Source of the DNA: Schmidtea polychroa
Lineage: Eukaryota
Reading direction: 5' to 3'
NCBI GenBank assembly: GCA_044892525.1
Contig: CM097885.1
Coordinates: 38,566,001 to 38,630,000 of the forward strand
Length of the DNA stretch: 64,000 bases
In this document: one piece after another, positions 26,905-49,304 of the stretch
How the letters are laid out: each line of letters starts with the position of its first letter
Numbering within the stretch: the stretch's first letter is position 1
Translations under genes and position numbers: made by a program
The notes under the pieces: model-generated
Told to the model about the DNA's origin: nothing
What the model saw: the letters and a program-made list of their open reading frames with translations, nothing else
The model's database searches: none

Positions 26905-28374
26905 TTAGTTCATTTTTATTTCCAATTGTTTGGTTCCATGCCGATACCGTATTATTGTTTCTTCCCGTTCATAGATTACCCCATCGATGGTTACAGTCTT
27001 CCCAACATCAATATTTGAAGTGTTTTTCCTTTTTCTCGCTTGCCGACATTCGGGCATTGGACCATACTCAAGTGTTGGGTGTATTCTTACCATCGAAATA
27101 CTTATCATTACTGAAACACATTCTTGTGAAATTTCCAAAAACGATTTGGTGGCCCACTTTAATGGAATTAATGGATTTTCAGTCTCCATCTCCACATTCT
27201 CCTCGCTTGTCAAGTCAATTTGTTCTGCTTCCATTACATTGTCAACCAGAATTTGTGTCACTTTCTCCGGTATTGCAGTTGATGCTGATGGTACCTCTCG
27301 AAGTTTTTTATATTCCTCCAACGAATATTTCTTTGATGGTAGGTTTTTGGGCATTGGTATATCATCAATCCATTGATTTTCCACTCTCTGATATACCTTG
27401 CGAATGCTCTTCACATCCTCTAGAGCCGAATGCACACCAATTTGTGTCTCTTCTCCACATATTTCTCTCACTACGGTTTGTAATTTGAACCATTCTCCTT
27501 TCCTGGTTACTCCCCTGTCCTGGAGTACTGGTGCCGCTGCCAAATCACGAATGCCATATAATTGCTCAATCCATATTCCCAAATATTGCAATTCTGCATG
27601 TAAATCATGGCCCACTAGTATCTTGCCAACTGTCAATTGTTGGATGTCCTTTGTTGCCACATATTGATCGCATTGATTCCTGCTAGCTACTTCTGTGATT
27701 CCGTGAATCCTTGAATTAAAATGGCGAATTTTTCCTCTTGGAGTCAAGTATATATTCTTTATTATTTTTCCATAATAATTCATAATCGCTAGTGCTAGAG
27801 GGACCATTTTTCCTTGTTCAGACGTGCCATATTCTGCATCAATAAACAATATTCTGTTGCGGATTTCTTCCAAATCCATTTCCTTTCTGAGAAACGACAT
27901 TTTCCTTTTCAACATTTCTTTCGAAATTTTCATTAACATTGGATCTTCTCTTGCACTTGGCTGCATCTGCGGAACTCCGTTCGCTTCATTTTCGATTCTG
28001 ATTTCCACTACCATGGTTGTTTCTTTATTCGCTGCTCGTAACATTCTCCACATGAAGTCTCTCTGCAGCTTCCACGACGTAAATTTTTTAAGTTCCCAAC
28101 ACACTTTGTTGTCATTCGTCAGTACCTCAACGGTACCCTTGATCACATGTAGATGATATTCTTCTTTCCTTGACATCTCGACTTCTTCTGCTAATCGCAA
28201 TTTTGACATCCTCATGATCGTAAACATTTGGATCTTCATTTTTCGGTCATCAATTCTTAAATAATTTGGGATTTGGAGATTGTCATTGATCCGGTATACT
28301 TTTTGTCCGGCATGATTGTTCTTCATTTTGATGTAGCTGTCGTAGGTCGACCTTGCCAATTGTATTTGTTCCAT
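26905..28374 (-). CDS. DEDDh 3'-5' exonuclease (REX4/ISG20-like) accessory ORF of element C
   Basis: Intact 489-aa ORF. Exo I FIDAEYG, HGIT, Exo II ILVGHDLHAELQYL, IRD, Exo III HSALEDV. Confidence 0.85.
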   Translation of the reverse strand: MEQIQLARSTYDSYIKMKNNHAGQKVYRINDNLQIPNYLRIDDRKMKIQMFTIMRMSKLRLAEEVEMSRKEEYHLHVIKGTVEVLTNDNKVCWELKKFTSWKLQRDFMWRMLRAANKETTMVVEIRIENEANGVPQMQPSAREDPMLMKISKEMLKRKMSFLRKEMDLEEIRNRILFIDAEYGTSEQGKMVPLALAIMNYYGKIIKNIYLTPRGKIRHFNSRIHGITEVASRNQCDQYVATKDIQQLTVGKILVGHDLHAELQYLGIWIEQLYGIRDLAAAPVLQDRGVTRKGEWFKLQTVVREICGEETQIGVHSALEDVKSIRKVYQRVENQWIDDIPMPKNLPSKKYSLEEYKKLREVPSASTAIPEKVTQILVDNVMEAEQIDLTSEENVEMETENPLIPLKWATKSFLEISQECVSVMISISMVRIHPTLEYGPMPECRQARKRKNTSNIDVGKTVTIDGVIYEREETIIRYRHGTKQLEIKMN

Positions 28375-28803
28375 TTTTTTTCTACAATAGTTATATAATT
28401 AAAATTTGAAGTTAATTTAATTTTAACACTAGGGTTGAGATGGGGTACCCAAAGGATACCGTCCCACCGACTAGTTCTATAAATAAATAATAATAATTAC
28501 CGTTTAGTTAATTGTTGATATATTTTTTTTTCTCAAAATTAATGGAGTTTAATGGATTTAACCCTCTTTTAATACCCCTATGAAAATTCCCTTAACCCCG
28601 TTTTTCTCTCCCCCTTAACACAGCGCTAACCAATCAAATTGATTCTTTCCGTTGACATTGAAAAGTGCAGATTCACAAATAAAATAAAATGAAATATTGA
28701 TCATATCCATAATGAAATAAAATATTAATAATATCCATAAAATATTTGTACTATATTACTACTACTACTTTATCAATTTTGCATGCAAAGTATTTATGTC
28801 TTA

Positions 28804-30024
28804 CTACACAAATGTTTCTTCATAAACGACCCAAGGTCTCGCAATCTCGGATCGATTCGTAGAAGGTTTGGGTATTGTTCGAAATTCAATTAGCACAATG
28901 ATAATGAGAATAATGAGAGAGATTGTTATAATGAGAGTAGTTATTAATAATGTTACACACACAATTTCACTGTCAGTTTTTAATGACGATATGGTTTCGT
29001 TATTAGTTATTGACTCATTGATGCTAGAAAAGATGATTACGTTGACAGAGCTAGGGGTTCGGTTGGACTGATTTGATTTGTTTCGATTTCCATACTGCGA
29101 GTTAATAGATGGAATTTGCACAATTTTATTTTCCACTAAAGTTAATTGCCATAAATTTGAAAATAGAGAACGTCTATAGTATTTTATTTTAATGAACACA
29201 AATTTTGACGTCGATATTGGTGAACGTTGAGGAAAAGTTAATATTTGAGATTTATTTTTTTCATTTAATATCGATTGAATTTTTCCATAATAATATAAAA
29301 TAGCTTTTTGATTGGGCTCCGCTTGTCGGGTAACATTCACTAATTGATTGAAAATATGAAAAGTAACCCGATTTGTTTCATTAACTAATCGTATCATATG
29401 TTGACTAGAGTGTATTCTGATCCATTGACTATCAATTTCAGTTCCGTTTTCGTATAAAGATTTTTCATAATAGTGAATCAGAATATTATAGTTATGATGT
29501 AATTTTAAATTTGCATACTTTATAAAGGGTTTTCTGCTATTCAGTGTATCTATCGCATAATTTTGAAAAACTGCTTTTACTTGTTGGGATTCCTGGGGTT
29601 CCCAATATATGTCAATTCCATTTACCAGTGGTTCAATTGATACTCGATTATGTAATCTCTTTGTCCAAATATTAATGCGTATAAGATTTTGTATTTTTGT
29701 ATTATTACTTTTCGAATCCAATTGCGTAATTAACCAAGGGTATTCATAATTCATTGTTAATTGTCTAGCCACATAAATATTTTTGGTGCTGTTCAATTTT
29801 ATTGGGGGTTCAAAATAGTTTATTAGATTATTTATCTCTATTTCTTCTGCTCCTCCAGCATAATAAACCCAAACTATTTGAGTACATGTTGAATAAATAT
29901 GAACTTTGTCTAATAATACAACTGTATTAGTTGCATATAACGGGAATACTCTCACTGCATTTACTGACATTATATTGATAATCATTACTGTTGTAATCAA
30001 TAAAACTTTATTGATGTAACTCAA
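28804..30024 (-). CDS. Type I membrane glycoprotein, FN3-like, accessory ORF of element C
   Basis: Intact ~400-aa ORF. Hydrophobic N-terminus, FN3-like pattern (IYWEP...NLKLHHNYNILI), several NxS/T sites, long TM helix, short tail ending ETFV. Start codon uncertain (TTG at 30024 or ATG near 29985). Confidence 0.7.
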   Translation of the reverse strand: MSYINKVLLITTVMIINIMSVNAVRVFPLYATNTVVLLDKVHIYSTCTQIVWVYYAGGAEEIEINNLINYFEPPIKLNSTKNIYVARQLTMNYEYPWLITQLDSKSNNTKIQNLIRINIWTKRLHNRVSIEPLVNGIDIYWEPQESQQVKAVFQNYAIDTLNSRKPFIKYANLKLHHNYNILIHYYEKSLYENGTEIDSQWIRIHSSQHMIRLVNETNRVTFHIFNQLVNVTRQAEPNQKAILYYYGKIQSILNEKNKSQILTFPQRSPISTSKFVFIKIKYYRRSLFSNLWQLTLVENKIVQIPSINSQYGNRNKSNQSNRTPSSVNVIIFSSINESITNNETISSLKTDSEIVCVTLLITTLIITISLIILIIIVLIEFRTIPKPSTNRSEIARPWVVYEETFV

Positions 30025-30056
30025 TAGAGCAGGGTTTTTTGTAAACTTTTGTTTAA

Positions 30057-33000
30057 TTACTGGGTTCCTGCATCTTTATTTGGTTTTGATCTCAATGGAT
30101 AACGTGATTCATCTTCTATTATCTTCTTGCATCTATTTACATGAACGATGATTGTCCCAGCCTTTTTATTGTTTTGTGGACGCAATTTTAAATTAATCTC
30201 TGTCGTATCACACACTAGATATGGTCCTTTAAACGGTCGTTGCAATTTCGTTGACAAGCCTTTTGTTGGTTCTGGTTTGTTTATATACACGAGATCTCCA
30301 ATTTTAATGTCATGCGCCCGTGCGCGTTTATCATAGCATTCTTTATACGCTTCTTGATGATGCCCTTTGTTAAGTCCAGCTTGGATCCATACTGACTGTA
30401 GTCTTTCATGCATAGCTATTTTATAATCTGACACATCCATATATTGGGAAATAGGTGACTGAAATTCTAGATCGGCTGGCATATTGTTTCGTCGTAGACA
30501 CATGAGATAAAAGGGTGTTTCTCCAGTGCTTTCATTTACTGCATTCCGGTATGCAAATAAGCATGGTTTAATGAATAAATCCCAATCCTTTTGTTTCCTA
30601 TTTACATAGGATGATATCATATTAATTAGTGTCCCATTAAATCTTTCAACTAGACCATCTGTTTGTGGATGATATGGTGAGGTACTAAGTTTCAATATAC
30701 CAAATAAATCTGTAATTGATTTAAATAATTCACTCTGAAAATTTGTTCCTTGATCTGTAAGTAATTTCTATGGTGCTCCGTATCGAAAAATAATATTCTC
30801 CACAAATATTTTCGCAACTGTTTCTGCTTTCTGATTTGGCATTGCATAAGCTTCTGGCCATTTAGTAAGATAATCGCAAAAAACGATAATGTATTTGTTG
30901 CCATTTGTTGTTTCCGGCAATGGACCAACGATGTCCATTGCTGTCATTTCCATTGGCGCTTTGGGCACTGGAATAGGCTTAAGCGGAACTTTTATTTTCC
31001 GTCCCGTATTTCGTCTTGTTAGGCATATCTCACACGTATGACACCATTGTCTGACATCTTGTTCCATCGTTTTCCAATAATATTTCTGTTTCAATCTTGA
31101 TAATGTTTTTCGCGCTGATAAATGCCCTCCTAATGCTCCATCGTGATACAACAACAGTAATGCTTTTCGATGTTTTGTCGGAACAATAATTAACAAATTT
31201 TCATTTTGTACACATTTTAACAAACCATCATGAATAATGTATTTATGGTTCTCTTCGGCAATATGTTTCCAGTCACTCTCCTTTTTGATTGAGACAGCAT
31301 GTTGACGTAACTGATTTAATTCCTCGTCATTTTCCTGATCATCTTGTAATTTTTCTATATTATTTACCGTTTTAATTGCCATGAATATTGTATTTTCGCA
31401 ATTATTTTCCTCTTGATCAACATTATTTTCTACGGGTATTCTCGACATAGCATCCGCATTTGCATTTGACTTTCCTGTACGATACTTTATCTCGAAATCA
31501 TATTCTTGCAACGCAATTGACCACCTAATTAATTTACTGGCCGAATCTCTGTGCTTCATTAGCCATTGTAACGGATTGTGATCCGTAAAGACAACAAATT
31601 TTCTGCCCACTAGGTATTGTCGAAAAGTGGTTATCCCATATACCAATGCTAACGTTTCTTTTTCGATTGTCGAATAATTTTTTTCATGAGGTTTCAATGA
31701 TCTGCTGGCATAAGCAATTACATGATCTTTTTCCCCTTCTACTTGCTGTCCTAATACCGCGTCTAATGCGAAATTACTGGCATCTGTCATTAATATAAAC
31801 GGTTTTTTAAAGTTCGGACATCTTAATATCGGCTGTTTTATTAAGCTTTCTTTGAGTTTATCAAACGCTTCATGCTGAGCTGTTGTCCATTTAAATTTTG
31901 CTTGCTTTTTCAATAACATGTTCAAAGGTTGTGCGACATGTGAGAAACTTTTAATAAACTTTCTGTAATAACTAGCTAATCCCAGAAATTGTCGAACCTG
32001 ATCTACATCCTTGGGAATAGGATACTCCTTAATTTTCTCTACATTTTCTGGATTTGGTTGCAAACCTCGACGCGAAATGATATGACCCACATAAACTACT
32101 TCAGATTTTCCCCATTCACATTTGGAGGGTTTTATTTTTTAGTTTGCTTCTAACAATCGCTTGAATACTGTTTCCACATCCTGCAAATGTTCCTGAAAAC
32201 TATTCGAAAATATTATTATATCGTCAATATACACTAATGCATGTGGTATATCGCGCAAAACAAAATTCATACCTCTCTGAAATGTAGCAGGTGCTCCTGT
32301 TAATCCGAATGGTAACACGTTAAACTCATATAGACCCTTCCCATCTGAAAATGCAGTTTTCCTTCTATCTTCCTCTTTGACTTTAAATTGATTGTATCCT
32401 TTATTAAGATCTATTACCGTAAAATATTGCACCTCCCCCATCTGATCGAACATTTCCTGTGGAACAGGAATAGGATATGTATCTTTTCTCGTAACTTGGT
32501 TCAATTTTCGATAGTCGACACAAAATCTTAAATCACCGTCCTTCTTTTTAACTACTACTATTGATGATGAGAATGGTGAGAAACTATCTCTTATTATATT
32601 GAATTCCTTCATTGCTTTGATTTGCCGATCACTTTCTTCCTGATGTATGTATGGTATTCTATACGGCCGTAATTTTATTGGGGTTTCGTTGAGTAATGGT
32701 ATTTCATGCTCAATCACCTGAGTGAGTCCCAGATCATACTCATGTTTTGCAAATACATTTCTATATTTCTTTAATAATGCACCGAATTCTTGTTTTTGCA
32801 AATCCGTCAAATCTTTGCTTATGATCTGAGGTTCTTTATAAATTTTTATATTTCTCGGTAACTTCTGAGCTTCCTCTGATTTGATTTTTGTTAATTTTCC
32901 CAATTTGGTTTTGGGTTTTATCTCAACGGATCTTGCACTATAATTCGCTATTCTAACTGGTACTGACTTATTTTGGACTTTCACTACTTCATCACACATA

Positions 33001-33500
33001 GGCACATCGTATTTTTCAACCAGCTTTTGATTTGGCTCAAATATGTACTCCTCATCTGAGACCCTCATAACATCTGCATAGTATATTACTTCGCTTTTTG
33101 GTGGTACTTCCAATGTTTGGTTTAGAAATACCTCTCCTACTTCAGGTACCATTTCACCCATTTGTCCTTTTATTAGTTTTCCAGTTCTCAGATCAAGAGA
33201 GATTCCATGTAGTTTCTCCATGACATCCATGCCAATAAGACATTTTACAGGACTTTTTCTCATCACTGATACCCAATGAATTATTTCTTGATCCCCAATT
33301 ATCAGTTTAACTTCTAATTTTCCAAAAATATTTAGTGCATTATGTGACATTGATTTAATAATGTGATTCGTTGGTTTTATTTTGGCTTTCTCCTGATACG
33401 TCAAGAAACTTTCCGCTACTATAGTATGACTTGAGCCTGAGTCTAATAAAGCTTCCACTTTTCTCTTGTTAAACTGTATGTTTATTCGAGGTTGTTTTCC
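30057..33500 (-). pseudogene. pol: PR-RT-RNase H-integrase region of element C
   Basis: LLDSGSS, LPFGL...YIDD, TDAS...ADAMSR, HHCC zinc finger, DDE core (DIVGP, TDQG, VERFN), GPY. One frame, with stops at 32139 and 30768. Confidence 0.95.
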
Positions 33501-33899
33501 TCCTACTACTGTTGTCATTAGTGCATAGCTGCATGGTAGACCAAGCATATTCTTTCTTTCAATTTCAGCACTCGTTGGTTCAATCTTCTCTAATTCTATT
33601 GTGATATTATCGACCGATTTCATCTCCTTTAGTTTTTCACTTGGATATACTGGTGCTGTTGGTCTAAATGTCGGGGTATACCATCTACTAAGAGTATCAA
33701 TCCCGCTTAATTTTGGCATTGGTTCAAGCAAGAACCTGGACTCTGGCTCTACTTTACTCTTTATTACACTTTTTCGAAAGTATTTATGCTCCGATTCGCC
33801 GTTGTTGTTATCATCATTATGATCGTCGTTTTTATCTTCCGACTGACACGTCGATTCCTCACTTTTCCGGCCATTTCTTAATTGTGCCCTTACTCTTGC

Positions 33900-35780
33900 C
33901 ATTTCTTTAAATTGATGATCTGTAATAAAGAATCTAGCCAACAATGGAATACAACCAATAACTAATTTCCATGACCATCCCGATATTGCGTATATTCGAT
34001 GCACTGACAACATTTGCGACACTACCACCTCTGCCGTTATCATAATCACGTAAATTCCAATTAAACCTGCACATGCTTGTCCCAAAAACATGAACTTGCC
34101 CCAAATCTTTTCCATCGTTTTATATGTAGCTCGTTTGAAATGATCAGGTGTTAGCAAATTTTCGTAATTTACTGTTCCTTCTCCATTCGGTAATACTGTG
34201 TCAATCATTTCTGAAATTATCCGTTCCTTTTTGGATGGAAACAACAAATTCCTTTGAGCTTCTTCGATATCTTCGCTTGCATACAAGCCCATTTGTGTCA
34301 TTTTGTTTAGTGATGTGAAATTTATCAGGTATTCTAAATTTGTTAATTCTAGTTTGTCTGGAGTCTTGACCCCACGATAATCTGGTAAGGCTATCCATGA
34401 ATCTGTAGCTAATCGGTATAAAGGGGCTAATAATCGATTGCATTGCAAAAGTTTTGGTTTAGTTTGTTCATCAAGCAAGATTCTAGTTATCGGTTCCATA
34501 AATCGTACCTTTCCCCCAAAGCTTACTGGTAATTCGTTCGTACATTTTTCGTATTTGGCAATTTTCACTGTGACTTCTTTGCATTTGTAACTGTATAATG
34601 CTTCTCCAAATATTCTTGCAAACACTCCATTTTCTGATATTAGCATAGGTGCTACTAAATTTGGATTCGTAATTGCCATCGCCATCCGATTTCGGAGAAT
34701 CTCTTTATTCAACTTACAATCGTTCAGAATCATTTCTCTATATACATTTTCCATGATGTTTTGACTAAAATGAAACAAATAATCAATTTTATTATTAAAA
34801 TAATGAGTAAGTTTAATGTCATCTCTATGAATTTTAATTTTTGCTTCTTCCACAACATTTCTAGACACGTAAACACCTTTATATATTGTTACATATACCA
34901 TTCGACCACATTTATTTGTGATTTCCTTTTTTATAAATCGCATTCCATCTGCTGGTAACGTAGACATTAAAACTGTTCCCATTTGCTTTGTCCATACTGG
35001 GGTTGATTTAATGGTATTATTTGGTCTATAATTCATATTGAAATTATCTGGTTTATCTCTAAACTGTTCTCCTACTAGCTCTTTAAAGTTCATAGTTTTT
35101 AAGTGCGCTAAATTACACTTATTTGTTTCTACATTATAAACAAGAATCGATTCCCCTGTTTGACAATGTGTTTGTTTCATATTACAGAATGGATGAGTTT
35201 GTAATTTTCCCGTATCATCATCGAAAGCTCCTTCGAACTATCTCAACTCCGTGAGATATTCTTCTAGCACCACTGTTTGCTGAATAATTTTACCGTTCAT
35301 TTTATATGGTTCACCTTCACATTCGCCATTTGCTTTCATAACTCCCTTTACAATTATTGTTTCTCGTATTCTATGGTTCAATTTTGCCTTTAAACGGATT
35401 TCTGGACTTATTTTTAATTCTCCTGTTTGAAATGCTGCTAGACAGTTTTCTGGAAGCACCTCGACTGGCCTAGGTATCGCATGCATTTTTATGAGTGACG
35501 TATGGCTCCATTTACCACAATAGAATACAAATGTTGTATGTTTGACAATACACTCTCTCACTTGAGTTCTTCGCAGATCAGACTCTTGATACACATAATA
35601 TTTTACGTCATTTTCTATTTTTAAACTGCTCGGATACGCACCTGGGCATTCCGACATATCTACTACCGAATAAACTTTTCCCATTTCAGTTTGGGAACAA
35701 TCGTACGAAACTAAAGATGATGTCTGTGTAATTATTGCACAAAACGTAATCACCATAAACATCGCCCATGGAAATATCAT
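33900..35780 (-). pseudogene. env: Envelope glycoprotein resembling chuvirus (Jingchuvirales) G, inside the element C polyprotein
   Basis: Internal signal-like stretch, then LVSYDC, a Cys-rich ectodomain (CTNELPV...FMEPITRIL...C..LAPLY) and a C-terminal hydrophobic region (IWGKFMFLGQACAGLIGIY...GWSWKL). One in-frame TAG at 35238. Confidence 0.75.
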
Positions 35781-37631
35781 AGTTTTTCTTAGTTCTGGCT
35801 TAACTCTTTCATTTACTCGTCTTTGGGGTGGACTCATTTCTTGCTTCTCATTTTTCTTTTCTGTTAGAGATGAACACAGTGTTTTCCAACCACCTTTTTC
35901 GTTTACCCAGCTCATTAAATATTCGTTTACTAGCCGGGCAGCGATGTCTATCAAATTTTCTAACTTGTCTGACCTTGCGAACGTATGCGTTCCAATTTCT
36001 AAAACAACATAAGTTAAAGCTATTATAATAACTTCCTTATTAATTTCATTTTTTGCCAAATTTTCAATTACTGATCTCTCGCAAAATGTATTCTCTTCGC
36101 CAAATTTCTGCATCACTTCAGGAAGCCTATTCTTCATCTCTTTAACTATTTCTTTCAGTTCATCATCTACCTCTATTTCTATGTCGAACATTGGATATAC
36201 TGCTTTAACGAGATGTTTCAACATTTTCTTAGTTTCGTCGACGTCCTGTTCTAGCCTCACTAAATATTTCTTTATTTCATATAAAGTTCTAACTTTCTTA
36301 TTTTTGATTTCACCATTTATTTCGCCTTCAGGTACAAGTGGCTCTCCTTGTACGTCTGGTTCTGTGGACTGATCTTTGTTATCAGGATCTTTTTGCTCAT
36401 TATCACTAACGCTTTCATCAATTTCTTTATTTCCCTTAACTTTTTCATCTTGTTCCTCTGTGTCAGGCTTGTTAGACTCAATATTTACTTCTAAACTCAC
36501 TCCTTTTACTACGACTATATGGTTCACTAAATATCCCACTCGTCTATCTCGGATCAAATATCCGTTTTCATCCAGCTCTTGTGGTACACACCCACAATCA
36601 TATAGGTATTCATCATCGTCAAGTTCTTCACCTTTGTACATTACTATAATAATTCCATCTTTTTCCAGCGTTTCAGTCGCTCTCTTCCGCAATTTTCGGA
36701 CCTTTGCACACCAATGCTCGTCTACATATTCCGTTTTGCCATATCCCTCATAATCAAATGCTATCAAAAATGGCTTTAACTCTACTCTTGCCTTTCTGAG
36801 CTCCTTGCATAATCTTTGCAATAAACTTCTTAATAACTTGGCATATCTGGTTTTCACATGTAAATATGGTCGTATTGCATTCACTATTTTTAGTTTATCG
36901 TTTTCCTCCATTTCTAATTTCTCAATAATCTGTAACTTCTCATTGATTTCATCTTCATCTCCAATATATAACGCATCATTTAATTCCTCAAATATCTCCC
37001 TTGAATTCCTTTTGTCTATTATTTTACTACTCACTATTTCATCACTAGTAATTAAATTTTCCATTTTTAATTCATTTGTACTCCCTGGTATAAATCCACA
37101 ATCTATCAAAAATTCGTCATTTTCTAACAATCTCTCATTAAATCTCAACTCTATCATGCATCCTTCCTTTTTTTCTTTTAATTTATTCTTTAAATCATTT
37201 ACACAATCATTTGCCTCACAACGACAACATAATACACTTTTATCAATCTCGTTTACTACTTCCACCAAGATGGAATCTAACCCAGTTTTCTCTCTCAAAG
37301 CTTTTCCAAATATTTTCATTAATTCTTTAATTTCTTCTTTATACTTTGGATTCATATTATAGTAGTTAACGCACAAGCTAATTACACTTTTTATCTTTCT
37401 CATACTCAAAGATATTTGACTTAATTCTCTCAACGATTTGATCACTTTAGCCGACTCTATTTCATTATTTCCAATTAGTTTTTCGATTCTGGTCATTATC
37501 ATTGTTGCTTTTTCACTTTCTAAATCATCTTTTATAACTCTCCTTTTCGACTCTTTTTCATTCAATTCCTCTTGCGACTCATACATCATGTGATTATTGT
37601 AGTCCTCTTCTGATTCAAACTTTGACATCAA
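35781..37631 (-). CDS. Accessory polyprotein segment: two helical + ubiquitin-like modules, then a Bcl-2-like domain
   Basis: N-terminal ~617 aa of the 797-aa ORF. Ubl-like motifs ELRFNERLLENDEFLIDCG and VMYKGEELDDDEYLYDCG; BH2-like SWVNEKGGWKTL. Confidence 0.6.
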
Positions 37632-38405
37632 TCAATCCAAACGTCGACCCATTTCTCTCACTTCGCTTTCAATTCTTTCATTAAAATTATCTGGCTGAAT
37701 AAAAGCGACATTATCCATCTGCGGTTTGTCACTCTGAAACCTAATCGATTTCTTTAATATGGGCCTTTGGAATTTATCCATATTTCTTGGACATGATCTA
37801 GCCATGTGTCCATAACTTCTGCATGAATGACATTGAATTTGTCCTTGTAGATCTGTGCGGTGATGGTGATGTTGATGTTGATCTTGACCTGGCAAAACAA
37901 TTTCGTGACACATGCCCTTTTCTTCCGCAATTAAAGCATTGCAAGTTATCATTAGTTCTCTGCTCATTAATGTTCGCTTTAGTGAAACTTTTCGCACCAT
38001 TTCCTTTTAACCAATCAGGCCACATTTGCCTTGGACTCCGTTGTACATTATTTTTGGACCAGCATTGATTGCTGTCATGTCCCATTCTTTGGCAATTATC
38101 ACACTGAATCGGAATTGGGCTTCTCTGTACTCTATTTTTAAACCAGCATTGGTTAACATGGTGTCCAATCCTTTGGCAATGACTACATTGGATGGGACCT
38201 TCCTTTCCATCTATTTGAATATCTGTTGACTTGTTCGACTCAAATTTGGATCTAAATTTTGGTGATGGACTACTTGTTTGTTGAAAACAATTGTTTCTAA
38301 TTGGGGTTACTGATCTTTCGCTTGCGCCTGAGATGACTGCAAACGACTCTGATTTTGACTGTGTGCTTTTAGTAGGTAGTTAGTAGCATACGGCAGCAAT
38401 AGGGT
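37632..38405 (-). pseudogene. gag: gag C-terminal part of element C with four CCHC zinc knuckles
   Basis: CSHCQRIGHHVNQC, CDNCQRMGHDSNQC, CFNCGRKGHVSRNC, CHSCRSYGHMARSC. One frameshift near 37845 and a stop near 38380. Confidence 0.9.
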
Positions 38406-48856
<10,451 letters not shown>

Positions 48857-49304
48857 GGTTATAGAATTTCTGTCGCATTATCCGTTTGATATCCCCTCCG
48901 ATTAATTTCGTGGCTAACGCGTCTTTCAACTTGGTCCAGTCATTTGCTACTATTCTTTTATCAATTTGTTGCCACGCTTCTCTGGCTGCTCCTTTCAGGT
49001 ATAGCGGTAATCTTTGCACCATTATCGATTGGCTCCATCCATAGGCCGTCGCATACATATAGTAATCTGCCATAAAATCGACAAATTCCAGCGGATCTCC
49101 ACCGTACTGATCTACAGGTAGCTTTTGACAACTCGCATAATCATTGCTTTCCTTGCCGTTGCCCACCGTGGACACAGGTGTTTCGTCATTGTTATTTGTA
49201 TTATTGGTTAGTCTTTGGGTACTCATTAAATTCTCTATTAGTGTTTGGCTTCTCAATTTATAAAATGATCGGGTCAACACAGGCTTTACTCGTCTAAAAT
49301 TCAA
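48857..49304 (-). pseudogene. gag: gag N-terminal (capsid) part of element C
   Basis: YGGDPLEFVDF...ATAYGWS...LPLYLKGAAREAW...W..LKDAL retrotransposon capsid pattern, cut at FYNR by the foldback. Confidence 0.88.

Noticed and set aside
26955..37362. Plus-strand ORFs overlapping element C genes
   Set aside because: Antisense shadows of long coding frames with no independent features.
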